Shown: positions 30,088 to 42,700 of the stretch, piece by piece
Layout: every line of letters begins with the position of its first letter
Position numbering within the stretch: position 1 is the stretch's first letter
NCBI GenBank assembly: GCA_040954595.2
Contig: CM082584.2
Location: 11,870,552 to 11,934,551, forward strand
DNA length: 64,000 nucleotides
From: Balanoglossus misakiensis
Lineage: Eukaryota > Animalia > Hemichordata
Direction of reading: 5' to 3'
Translations under genes and position numbers: made by a program
Notes under the pieces: model-generated
Told to the model about the DNA's origin: nothing
The model's database searches: none
Seen by the model: only the letters and a program-made list of their open reading frames with translations

Positions 30088-33080
30088 CTACCACTTAAAT
30101 GTGGAAATATTAGTTCCCGTGTCTTCGTCATCATTTCTGATATCTTCACATTGCTTGAGACGCAATTGATGCAATGATTCCTCAGTAACGACGTAGGGTT
30201 TTGTACCAACAGTGTTTGGCCGCGCGCTTAGGATTGTGAGGGCGTTTTCTCGCACGAACACTTCCCAGCTAACCAACCTGACGACAAAAAAAGAAAAGCA
30301 AGTGAAATGATTTTAGCTGGTGCTGGTGCATAGATTACAATGTATACTTAAATACAGCAATGGTAGCAAACAATCGCTCGTTTCGTCACCTTACCTTTCG
30401 CACTCCAGATTAATTCTGTGCGACTTAATGAAGTCCGACTCGGCAGTTGAAGATTTGCCAAATCTGTAAGAAATTGACCCGTCAAATAGTTAATTTGTTA
30501 AACACACGAAGGGCCCAATATTTAGGTTGGTTCTGGATTCCGCCCATGAAGGATCATATATATCCGTTCGTATGCTCGCTGATGGTGGTGAGACGGCAGA
30601 TTTACCACATGATTACAAACAGACAGACAGACAACACGTGGTGAACCACACACTTCGTTGCAGCGTAACTGTACTTTATTGTAGCGACAATATACGACGC
30701 GTTCGTCCGGCAGCAAGTATTAATATTTTCATCTTGAGACACAATTTCACGGTATGAATGACAGTCATGTGGAAGCGACGTATTGGAGGGGAGAAAAAAC
30801 ACCTCTTTTTTACCCATGCTTATCTCGCCACTCTTCAAGAACTTCCTTGGAATCGTCAATGGTAATAATACCTCTACCTCCCGCGTCATGCCGTTGGAAT
30901 ATCGTCTTGATTTTCTTTATTTCCGATGGTGTTAGCATTTTCACCAGCTCGTTCTGAAACAAAATCAGTGTGCCATTCAAGATTGGTATAATGTAAATCG
31001 CACATCAGCGATTTAAATACATCAGTTAGATTTTTCTTTCAAACTTATACATTTGAGTGTTCTGGTTGGTGCGAAACGGGGTGTATATACCGGCATACCT
31101 GTGACCTTCGTCTGTAGAGATACTCCAGAGTTTCCGAATTAATGAATTCTAACCATGAGACGAAACCGTCCTCATTTTTGTCCATCACGATGAACTAAAA
31201 AGCAACAAAAAGAAAATATATCATTGAATTTAGTCCTAAGTAGTGATTTGGGATGTGATGAGTACTTGGAAGGAAAGCAGTATGTAAAATAAAAGCTTCG
31301 CGAAACACGAATATCGTATGGCGAAACATGGATGATTAGTAGGAATGATTTTGGGCCCAATGATATACTTTGTATGATCTACACCGATACTTACCCGTTT
31401 GAGACAAGTGTCTTCTTCTGTCCTCGGCAGATCTTCTTTGAATATTGACTTGTGCTTTCTCTTATGGTAAGACATGTACTCCTCCAAAGAGATTAGCGTA
31501 TCTGCGACAGACAAAATAGCGATAGCAATTCATATGCAAACTTGGTTATCACATACACCTGATCTGATGACATGTTGTGCCTGCCTGCATGTCAGTCTAT
31601 CGGTCAGTCAGTCTGTTTTGTTATGTCAGTTACTTCCTGTTTTAACTTCAGTTGATGTCAAAAAGCAGCATATTTTTACAATTTCGAAGATGTGCACAAC
31701 AAACATTACGTGTTTACCTTGATTTACATCAAGAAAGTCATATTTGTCCATAATTTCCATCATCTCGTCTTCAGATAGTAGATCACCAAGATTTTCCTGA
31801 TAAACAAAAGACATGAGTAGCTTAGAGCAGCGAACTGCAACCTGTTATGTTATTTCAATATTCGATTCTCCTTTCAACACCAGAAACGTAGGAAATGTTC
31901 TTTCTTACGCAAGAGGGACAACTCCATCCCATCTCTGACTCCGACGCCTGCAAAGCAGCTCTGCTGTTGGCGTCCTGTCCCACCCCAGCGTGTGTGAACA
32001 GGCAATTCGTGTGGTAGTGCTTGGCACAAACGCGACACCGGTGCAGCGAGTCGTTGAGAAGCACGTGGCATATGACGCATTCTGTGTCTTCCTCGACCGA
32101 TGGTGTAGTCTGAAAGAAGGAGAGAGGGCCCAGTCAATGAACTGTATCCGCCTTGTCTCAGTAGAAAGTCGGGTTACTAGACTAGTTTACAGGTTGAATC
32201 AAACTACTATGACAGTCCGTGATTCCTGCGCCTGTAGCTATGTGTTTCCGCCCACTTCTAGTATAAGTAAAGCTGTCGGATGAATTAGGGGCCTATTTAA
32301 ACCGTTTGGTACCAGTGTTTCTTCGTATTTGATAAGTTATCTATATATATGCTGTCTGTACATTTTCACTAATATATCTTTGAATGCCCCGTTTGAGTGC
32401 CTTACCGGTGATACGGATTGATAGCGTAGAGGTGATGCCGGATTGAATTGGCCAAAATCAGGATCACTCGGATCAAACAAACTCTTGTTGCGATTCCTCA
32501 AAGCTGTCATCGATTCGGTTTCGGCCTCTAAAACTTTTCTGTCCACGGGTCGGTTTTGGTGTAATTTTCGCCTGGTTAGAAAAGAAAGGAAGGAAATGAA
32601 CGGTTCAGAGTACGCCAGGGACGGTCGGTTGAAATAAGGAAGAGCGAGAATCATTTCAAACGGTATAGCTATTGGCCTAGCATATTCTGGCTCGGAACTC
32701 GCGAAAATTATGTATGAAAACTCCTGACCCGCATACAAAAAGGAAAAGTAGAATGCCTTTCCCTTCCCCTCCTCTTAATTAGGCCTACCTCGATCGATAT
32801 AGGCTAGGCCTACTTACTGAAATTTCCTCGTTAACTTTTGCCACACAGAAATTTTCACCCAAGCTGCACTCGACACGTCGATTTCGACTTCTTGTTTAGG
32901 GGGCTTCGGCCGAACGACGTATTCTTTCAACGTGTCCTGGTCAGTCGATCCATCGCCGGTTGCTGTCGAAGATGAGGGTTCAGAATTGTCATCCTTCGCC
33001 ATCCTGTTGATCGCAACTTTTGCCTTTCCGACATTTCCAACCGTTCTCTGGACGTCTCGCTTTGAAACCGTCGTACCCAT
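30088..33080 (-). CDS. PHF24: PHD finger protein 24 (GINIP) homologue with EF-hands, 9 exons, 436 aa
   Basis: Exons 33080-32818, 32571-32406, 32109-31909, 31796-31718, 31501-31395, 31194-31099, 30953-30814, 30463-30395, 30277-30088 (1311 nt). MGTTVSKR N-terminus (MGxxxS); PHD CVIC...CRVCAKHYHTNC...GWSCPSC followed by ENLGDLLSEDEM; C-terminal VSWEVFVRENALTILSARPN matches PHF24. Confidence 0.9.
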
Positions 33081-33772
33081 TTTGACCACCTGTTGTTCCA
33101 AGATGTCACACCGCGATAGGGAGTTGTTTTACTGTGGTTTTCTTCATTTCTAAGACGTTATACGTGGGTTTATAAGTAGGAAACAACGTTTATACATTTG
33201 GAATGTTTCGATTTTCTATCAGTTGCGCGACTGTTCCATGTCAACAAAAGTTACTAGGCAACCGAAGTGAGGGGCGCTTCTTATTTTCCAGTTTTCGGGA
33301 TTGCTTTACGGCGATAAAATATTGCTCCTGTTCATTGAAAAAGATAAATTGCATTATCAGCTGTAAAAGATTTCATCAAATATTTCTGTTTTGTGTAAAA
33401 TTTCAGGAGTAGGGGCCTACCTTCCAACTAACGTTACTCGTTACTATGGGAGCGTAGTAAAGCACAGCGCCCCCAGTGGGCTAGGAACGATACTCTATTG
33501 GTGACCCTTGAACCTTACCCTCCCATGATGCAGTGCAAGAAATTTTTCTTCACATGAAAATCAGCGGGCAGCTAACCCGATAAAAACATCCACCGTATTC
33601 GGAACAGTCGATACTCAGAAAGTCGTTTCTCCATATTCTGCCACTTTTTGTAAGAAGAAATATCCAACGAGAATATGTAAGTACATGTCTGGTTCGCGTA
33701 AACATTATGGTGTCACGTCGACTGACTGGCATGGCAACAAGGAGGCGTCAGTGTAAACGTTGTCATGTAAAC
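33081..33772. promoter_or_regulatory. Bidirectional promoter PHF24/IFT74 with RFX X-box cluster
   Basis: GTTCCATGTCAAC 33233-33245, GTTACTAGGCAAC 33250-33262, CTGGCATGGCAAC 33726-33738, GTTGTCATGTAAAC 33759-33772; forkhead-type TGTAAAC at 33752-33758 and 33766-33772. IFT genes are established RFX targets. Confidence 0.65.
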
Positions 33773-36700
33773 GACAGGTTTCTCTAGGCGAAGTTACGTA
33801 ACCTCACCAAAAAACCTTCTGCCGCCATTGCCTGTAATTCTACCATACCATTCACCATTCAAACATATCGACTAACACACACACACGTTTTCCAAGCCCG
33901 TTATAGTCACTATTTTCCCATATATGGGTTTATAATCTGACATTTGAGACTAGTAATAGTATATACAATCATCGACATGCACACAGCTCATACGGATTTT
34001 TCCACCTTGAAGTTGAATATAATCAATACATGTACGTTGTAATCATGGAGGTACCTCCATTGTTGTAATGAAGGAATAATCCCCCCGTGTATCATTATTT
34101 CAGGGCGAGTCGTCCACCAACAAGTGGAGGAGGTCGCAGACCCACAACAAGTCGACCAATGTCTGGCATGAGACAGCCACCACCTGGTACATCAAGGGCT
34201 GCCGCTGCTGTAAGTTTGTGTTCAAAGCCATCTTCATCAATTATTATTAATTCTTCTTTTCAGGCCATGGACCTAAAAAAAATATACATAAACTATTGTC
34301 AATTTACACATGACATACCAGTACATGTAATAAGTTTTTGTTGTACATCTCGTAACCATTTCTTGACTTACCACTCTCACCCCTATGTCCTGTGTATGGG
34401 TTCAACCGGATCAATAAAAATGAGAGGGTTGGACCAAAATATGGTTTTGAAAGGGTAGATTATTTTGTATTCCAGAATCCAGTCACAGCAGCAAGACCAG
34501 GCACAAGAGGAGGAGCAGCAGCTGCTGGTAGTGGAGGTAATCTTACATTTTAGTACCGAAATCTTCCACATTGTAGAAAAATCTGGTGTCGATAACAAGT
34601 TTCAACCTTGCCCTTTTTATCACCCTCACTAGTCGGGGATAATAAAATTTGACAATGCTCTGAAAATTGTGTTCTGTTCTCTTGTGTTAGTTCTGGATGC
34701 CAGGATAAACATTTCAGACAGACCGATGACTCAGCAGGGTCTTGGTGGAATGAAAACTGGACCTAAAGGTAAGTGAATAATAATTCATGCTGCTGTCGTC
34801 ATGCCAACAAACGCAAATGCATCAGTACAATCCCAGTCACACTCTCGTATTCAAAATTTGTTTCTGATGAAAGATTTTTTCCGTACTTACAATTCGTATG
34901 GTGTTCATTTACACTAGGGCCGTCAAGAATTGTGAGGGATGAGTCCTACTTCATGGGCCTCCTACGCACCAAGATACATGAACTGGAATCGGAGAACAAC
35001 AAGCTTCAAAAAGAAATTGACCACTTTAATCAAGAGAATGCACAGTATCTGTCATATGAGAAAACGTGAGTAAAAAAAAATATATGTACACTGGTAATCA
35101 GTGATGAGAGATATAACTAGACTTTAAGATTATTTGTGTGATTATGTCTTTTAAAGTAATGGCTACAAAATTGCCATCAACCGTGGTAGAGTGACATTTT
35201 TGGGGTTCCAGATTGCCAAATTTGCAATGATTGGCCCTTCAAAATGACCATAAGCACGATAATTGTCACTGTATTGGCAGTAACAGAGTTCTCACTTATA
35301 TTACAATACCTACATGTACACAGGGCGGAAGTTTTGGCCACAGAGCTACGGGAACTGCAAGGGCAGTTAGGAGACTATAACACAGTAAGTATACCACTAT
35401 TTGTTCGTTTCATTCACAATACAGGCATTTGTGTAGTGATCTGTTGTTGTACTAACAGTACTGCAGGATTTTCTCTAATTTACACTGAAAGAGTTTTTTC
35501 CTTGTTTGTCTTCTAGTTGGTTGACAAATTGAACACAGATACGGAAATGGATGAAGTTTTGGAAGACTACAACCAGGTTAGTTCCACATTTGTCAGCCAG
35601 GACGATGATACTTGTATGTACAAGTCTGCCCTCCTCTAACGGAAGAAACATGTATGACTTGTATGATGCTACCTTTTCAACCAGAATAAGATATATCGCC
35701 CTCAAGCATGCTATCGAGCATTGCCTTTTGTCTTATCAGGCATAACTAATACATGTGCATGAATATAAATGTATCAAAAGACATGGTTGGCCAGTTTTGT
35801 ACAAAATTTTATCTAGGATAATGCCAATTGGATTATTCATTTTAATGTTGATTTGTTTCCACACAATTTGTATTAGCACTCCTTTTATTTTCCTGCAGCT
35901 CATGTCCTGGCTACCTACCGGGTACTCCATTCCCTTACACTAACAACTTCAACTTGTATGGTTTTCTTCACAGGTGAAAGTTCAGAACGACATGGAGGCC
36001 AAAAGTATAGACTTGATATTTACAGAGAGACAAGAGTAAGCAAACATAATTATATTTTGTGGGAAAATTGGTGAAGCAGTGTCATAGCTGGAAGGGAGCT
36101 TTGTGAATGGTTTATTTATATTAATGCAAAGTTTACAACTTTAATCATTAACTTTGCAATTATGTTTTTTTCTTCTTCCAAAGGAAAGAGCAGCAGATCC
36201 AGCTGGTCGACGTTGAGATTGATCAGCTGAAGAGAATGGCTGACAGTCTAGTAGAAGACATGGTGAGACATCCCCCTTGTTCCCCACCCCTCTACTTGAT
36301 AAAATATATCTTCTGTGATGTTACCTGTCCTGTAATTCATAAACAAATCCTGGGATTTTATTTCTGTGGTGAGAAAAGTTGTGGCAGAAACAAGTAAATT
36401 GAATATTGTAGCGTAGGTATATTTAGTATTCCACAGAAAGTGTGAAATTTTAAATGATGACCTGCTTGTAGTTTTTCCAACAAGTACAGCTCTCCAGGGC
36501 ACAGAGATCAATTTCCTACATGTATTCATATTACATGTATGTCTGGTTTTTTATCTAGCATTATAAATCCGCCTCCTATGACCGATAAAAAAGTAAATTG
36601 TCTGCAATTTTGCCCTGGCCAAAGGCACTTAAAATTTTACTGATAAAGCCGGGATTTTGTAATTGCATCTGGTCCCATTTGGCTGGAGTCCATGATGACT

Positions 36701-39700
36701 GATAACCTTTTCCAGATATTGAGCAGACGATTTAGTTTTCTTGTAACAACCAATAATTTCCCAACATCATTCCGGTGCCTTCACATTTGAAAAGAGAAAG
36801 AAAATGTCAAGTTTTTTTTTGTGGGAAAAAAATAGAAATTCCGCATATGTGGCCTGTCAGGTAGAACACTGCACTGAAACTGTGAACTTACCATCTCATG
36901 TTCACACTTTGCGGTACGAAAAACAAAAGTGCCTGAACTTGTTTCGTTTACATGCACAGCACATCATTATGCAACGCATTACCCTTTCCATTTGCAATTA
37001 ATCACATCCTGTCAATATTGGCGTTTTAATGGCACATACGTCTCGTCTTTGAGATTCATATCACCCTAGATGAATCGGAGATCCATTTTATAGCTGTCTA
37101 ATTTTCAGATGATAAAAAGCACGGTTGGTGGAAGTTGCCACATGATGAATGGAGTTGTTGATTTTTGTTAAAAAACTGATTATCTCGCTTGCGTCGTGAT
37201 TCACAGAATCCCAATATGAAACAGAAGTACATGCAACTGAAACAGACTAATGAACAGCTGCAACGCGATCTGGAAGCCAAACAGCAAACCCTGGATGCGT
37301 TGAATACTAAGAGGGACAACCTGGAAGATGTAAGTATACATCTGGTGTGTGGTCCCTAATGCTATAATCTTTGCTGGGATACAAGTGTTCTTTGCATTGA
37401 TTGACACTTGCATAATTTGTATTTCACGTTGTGGGATCTTGCTCCTAAATGTTGCTGGGTGTTTTTTGATGCTGTATTGGAAAAGGCACATCAGTAAATT
37501 GTGAGAGGAAAAGGGCATATATTATTACACCTCTTTTGACAGTTATGCACACATATAAATAAACCGTTGATGGATTTTTATTTGACCGTACACACAAACA
37601 GGAGCTGCAGCACTCTCAGGTGAAGCAAGAGGCAGTGAGGCTGTACGAGCAGCTGAATGAACTGGAAGCCAAGAAATCCAGCATAGTGGAAGAGGAACAC
37701 CAGAAGGGATCTCCAGCTGAGGAAAGGGAGAGATTACTCAAACAGGTCAAGGAAGACAACCAGGAAATTGCCGGCATGGAAAGAAAGTGAGTCTGCTTGA
37801 ATGTGGCCCCTACGTGTACATGAAATGTGTGTGAGTGTGTCTATGTGTGTGTGTATGTGTCTGTGACATCAGACTAATAGCTACATTGTGGTCTGTTTTC
37901 TCTTGTATAGGACACAAGAAATGAAAGAAGCGTTGAATAACATTAGAGATGAAATCCACCAATTGGACATGGACTTGGAAGAACATCAAGGTCAGGTCAC
38001 ACACTATATCTATGCATTATCATTTCCCAAGTAGCACGGTTATTTTGAAAGTGCATCTTGATTTAGACACACAGAAGGACTACTGGTGAACAGTGCTCTG
38101 GGCATACATAGTCTTTATTAATCAGGCTGTTTTTACTTGGGTGTCAAATTTCTGAGTGACAGCGTTGTTTCTCTGCTTGGTACAGGTGAAAGAAATGTCA
38201 AATACAAGGAATTGAAGAAGAGAGAAGAAACAATGAATGGTGAGTCAAATCTCTTTTGACCTCAAACACTCCAGAAAAATCACTGGGAAAACTCCTGGAA
38301 AGCCATGAAGTTTTGTATGACTTTGAGTGTATGGACCATGTCATGAGAATGTGTGTTATTCTGTGAAAGATGCAGATTTTTTATCACAGCACACCTTGAT
38401 TGACTATCTTTTCTCGTTTCTTTTGCACGCAGAGTTTCTTGTGAGTTTTGAAGAGACAAAAGGAGCGGAATTGGTGAGTGAAAAATTCAAGCTTTATTTG
38501 ATATTTTTGCAGTGGAAGAACAATACTTGTTGAATCAAAGACAGTATCGGTTTTACAATACACTGACATAGCATTCATATCAGAGGAATATGAACCAATG
38601 AATGATACGTATTTTTTTTCTCGTTTTCAGGAACGAAAAGTAGCCATTGAAGGAAACATAGTTGCAGTGTTGGAACACATGAGTAGGGTATGTATGTGTA
38701 TGTTGTCTGCGGGTTGAAATTCCACAGCCCAGGTATACCTCCAAAAATATTATTCACTGTTCAGGGCCTGTGTCAACTTATTGACCGTGTAAACCCTTGA
38801 GTCAGCCAATCAGATTGCGTGATACACATCAAGCACATTATAACACAATGTTACGAATCTTTGTTTTTCTTTTGCAGAATCTCTCGAGGTCTAAACACAT
38901 GCCCACTCCACAAGAACTAGCCAGGATGCAGGAGGATCTGAGCTTCAAAGAGAATGAAATGCACAAGTCTCAAGCCACTGCCTCAGGCTTGGCTGCAGGT
39001 ACATGCACACACACTGATTGTAGCTTTTTTTGTTTGCTTTCACTGAAATTTGAACTTGAGTGAGTGAAAGTGGGATCCATGGCAGTTGGAAAATATTTTA
39101 TATGTGATTTTGAATCGCTCCTATACCCCTCCCCTACTCTGGTGTCCTACAAGTACACCCCCCCCCCCTCCTCCCAGACTTGCCACTCTACAAACTCCTC
39201 AATACATTTTCGGGGCATATTGCAGAGAGTACCAGATTACAGATGGATTTCCAGAAGGTGGAACAGCTGGAAACAAAGATCAATGCTGAGTTGGAGACAC
39301 TGAAAGGGAAGATCACACAGATGGAAGAGGAATTGAAAACCTACGGGGATCTGGACGCTCTGAAGAAACAAGGGGATGACAAAAAGAGAGTGAGTAGTCA
39401 TCACTATATGCATCATTATTTGAGACCCACTAGCTCTCTGCATGGTTTTAGAGATGCATCGCCGGGTGGTTGGTTGTTCAGAGACAACATGATCATTCCT
39501 TTTCTTTTTCCCTCGCCAGAAACTTCACGAAGACAAGATTAACCTGACTAAGAGGCGGGACACATTCAAGAGAGGTAAGTTTTTCCCGAACGTCGCCTAC
39601 TATCCTGTCATGAACATCGTCCTTCCAAACTGAATTAATATCACTTATACCGTGCCCCTTGGATGGGTTGAAAATATCAAGATAGCCTGGAATTTTTTTT

Positions 39701-42700
39701 GTAAATCAGCGCCCTCTGTGTATCACACAGAGAAATGCTGAGTGGCACGACGACAGTTTCGTCTTGTTTATCTTCAAAGCTTGAGTATGGCTTTGTCAAT
39801 ATTTAACAAGATGCCAGGCAGCATATATGACCTCTTTCCTCGTTAGTTTACTAAAGTTCACTTACTATGTAAACTTGATTATCGAGGAAAGTGAAATGGA
39901 GCTCAAATGAGTGTGCTTATGGTCCCCGGCATTTTATACACAGATGTAGATGCACATTATACTCTATACACACACAAGCATGCACACATGCACATGAGAA
40001 CCTACTAAGGGAATGTAGCAGTACCTGTACTTTGCTAGGGTCATGTATCACACCTCATATAGTGCAAATCTGTTGACCGTGTGTACAAACCACTGACTGA
40101 GCTCATCTCATATGTGAAGCCTTTTAATGCGTTCACTTGTACAGGCAGAATACAAGTATACATAATAATAAGTATCTGCAACCATGTGTTTCTTTGTGAT
40201 GACAAATTTTTTTATATTTCATCTCATAAAGAAACTTATGTCATCATGCTGACGTCCATGAATGGAACTGCGTATCTGTGTTGCCACAGAGAGTTGCTAT
40301 TAGCGACAGCGTAGTTGCTCGTACTCCTTAGATGTTTGCTAATCAGACGCAAACAAAAGAGCCCCCTCCAATCCAGACAGCGTAATTGCAGTTTGATGCT
40401 TCATTCCAAATTGAACAGACGACACAAACTCTGAAGATAAATTTAGTGATAAACACTGGTGGGCATTATTGGCGTGGGGGAAAGGGGGGATGCAAAAGAA
40501 GCTTTTAGTCCATGCAGACTGTTATCCTCTGCATGTTCAAGTTTGACGTTCATTTTGAAAGGTTTCCTTGGAAATAGTTGCCAATCATTTTGAATCCTTT
40601 GGCGTCCATTGGCGATCGCCCTAATTCTTTGACTGGTGCGTTATCCTGTGTAAGCCACCCGAGTTAGGGGAAAATGACCACTTTCTGGTCTAATTTTCCC
40701 TGTTTTATGCCTGTGAAAGAACAGTCATAGTTTATTCATGTGCAGTGATATGTTTTTTGAGTCGCACCCGACTGGCTCATCATATTGTTGGATTATGAGT
40801 ACCAGGAAACACTTATATGTATGGAACATGTCCACACATCACCACAGTAGGCAGTCAGACTTCAGCAAATTTTGAAGAAAAAAAAATTGGAGGAAATTAT
40901 CCACAACATCCATCATCAGTACTTATTTGTGATGGGAGACCGATGCATCTTTGCGCTAGACGTTTACAATAACTGCCTACCGTAAGGTCGCTAATGAGGG
41001 AAACGTGCCACGGGATCTCTTGTGGATTTGCAAATAACTGGAGGAGGAAAATGCTACAGTATTGTGGCATCATGGTTTCGTGTGATTATCAAGCCGAGTT
41101 CAATACCCTCTACGTATGAATATCAAGGATGCTAGGATCCCTAGTCTAACGGGCCTGTCATGGATCAAGACGCGTGCATGTAGCATTTCAATGGACTTTA
41201 AGACACCATTTGGCGTTGTTTCCTTTTATGACAGTGCGTGATTCACTTAATACCGTTGGCACATTTTCTTCTAAAAGATTCTGTGGCAAATCCTTGCTCG
41301 AACCATTCATCAATTCATCTTCCAGTTGAACAGAACGAATATTATCACCTGATGATTCGCTTAAAATAGCACACTTATATGTAATGTTTCACGTCGAAAA
41401 CATACAGCAAAGAATGCGCGAAAATCAGTTCTCTGATGCAGTGTGCCTATTTTATCGAGGGTATCACAGTAATTGGGGATTGTTGGCAAAACATGACAAG
41501 TAGAATGTCCTCTGTACTTTCAAAATTCCTTCAGGAAAACAAGATAACACTCTGTTGCCGCTTTATGCACCCATCCAGTAAATCGACCTTATCGGAAATA
41601 AATGTCTCCCTGTGGTAACATCTTCCCCCATACAAGCTGTTTCTCTGTTGAACATCTCCTGATAAGATACAAATCTGCGTAGGCCATAGATCTATCAGAA
41701 AGCTGCTTGATTGGAACTTTCGTGGGCAATACCATCAAATAAAGTACGCAGATAACACTTGTCATGAATCCTGTCAGGGTATAATAGATTTCAGATATGC
41801 ATACATGAAATTAGTGGTCATGTAAATCAGTGTTTTTTTGCATTACATGTATATCATAGGTCATGTACGTCAGTTGTAAAAGGATACCTTTAATATCAAT
41901 GTTCCTTCGTATCATTTTTTATTATGTGTAGTCACACAGAGAAATGGTATTTAGTCATATGATATGAGTCAGCATGGAGAAATCATGATCACGTTTCTTA
42001 TTATGGCAGAATGCTGAGAGATATCTGATTCTAAGACGGCCAACAAAAAAAAGATTATATTGCTGTGTAACTGGCATGGCGGTGTGGTGGCTTGAGATTT
42101 ATTCACCCTTTCACCACCATGGTTCAGTCCAAACCTATTGTTTTCAATGGTATGGCTGGATCTTTAAAGAGGGAACAGGGGTGAAAGGGTTAAGAGTGAG
42201 AGAGAGTGACTTGGATCTGTGGTGGCACTGAAGTGATACAATCTGACAAATGTATCATGTTAACGTCTTTGGAGACTTGTGTGGGCAAGTGGCCTGTGGT
42301 GTTCACATGTGTCTCGGGAAGGGAGAAGGAGGGAGGGGGGGGGGTGACAAATGATGTCTTGCATCTTGAACAGGATCGATAGATGTCTGCGTGCTAAAAG
42401 GTTTCTTGTTGTGTCGAGGCCGAGGTGACATCATTACCGGAGATCATACAACATAAGTCGTGTAAACGTGCTGGAGAAGGACGCGTTAGTGATGTTTAGT
42501 GGCCTAATTCCCTGTGTGAGCAGATTTTCTCTTCCCGACTCATGCTCGTTTGTGAGCGCCAGTGATGATCATTGCTAGACCCATTCAAAGGCACATGACT
42601 CCTCCCCCCCCCCCCTCACACACACAAAAAAAAATGAGTAATTTAGCTGATGCACTAATAAGCCGTGACATCAACTGATGTTCACACATTAGATTGTTGC

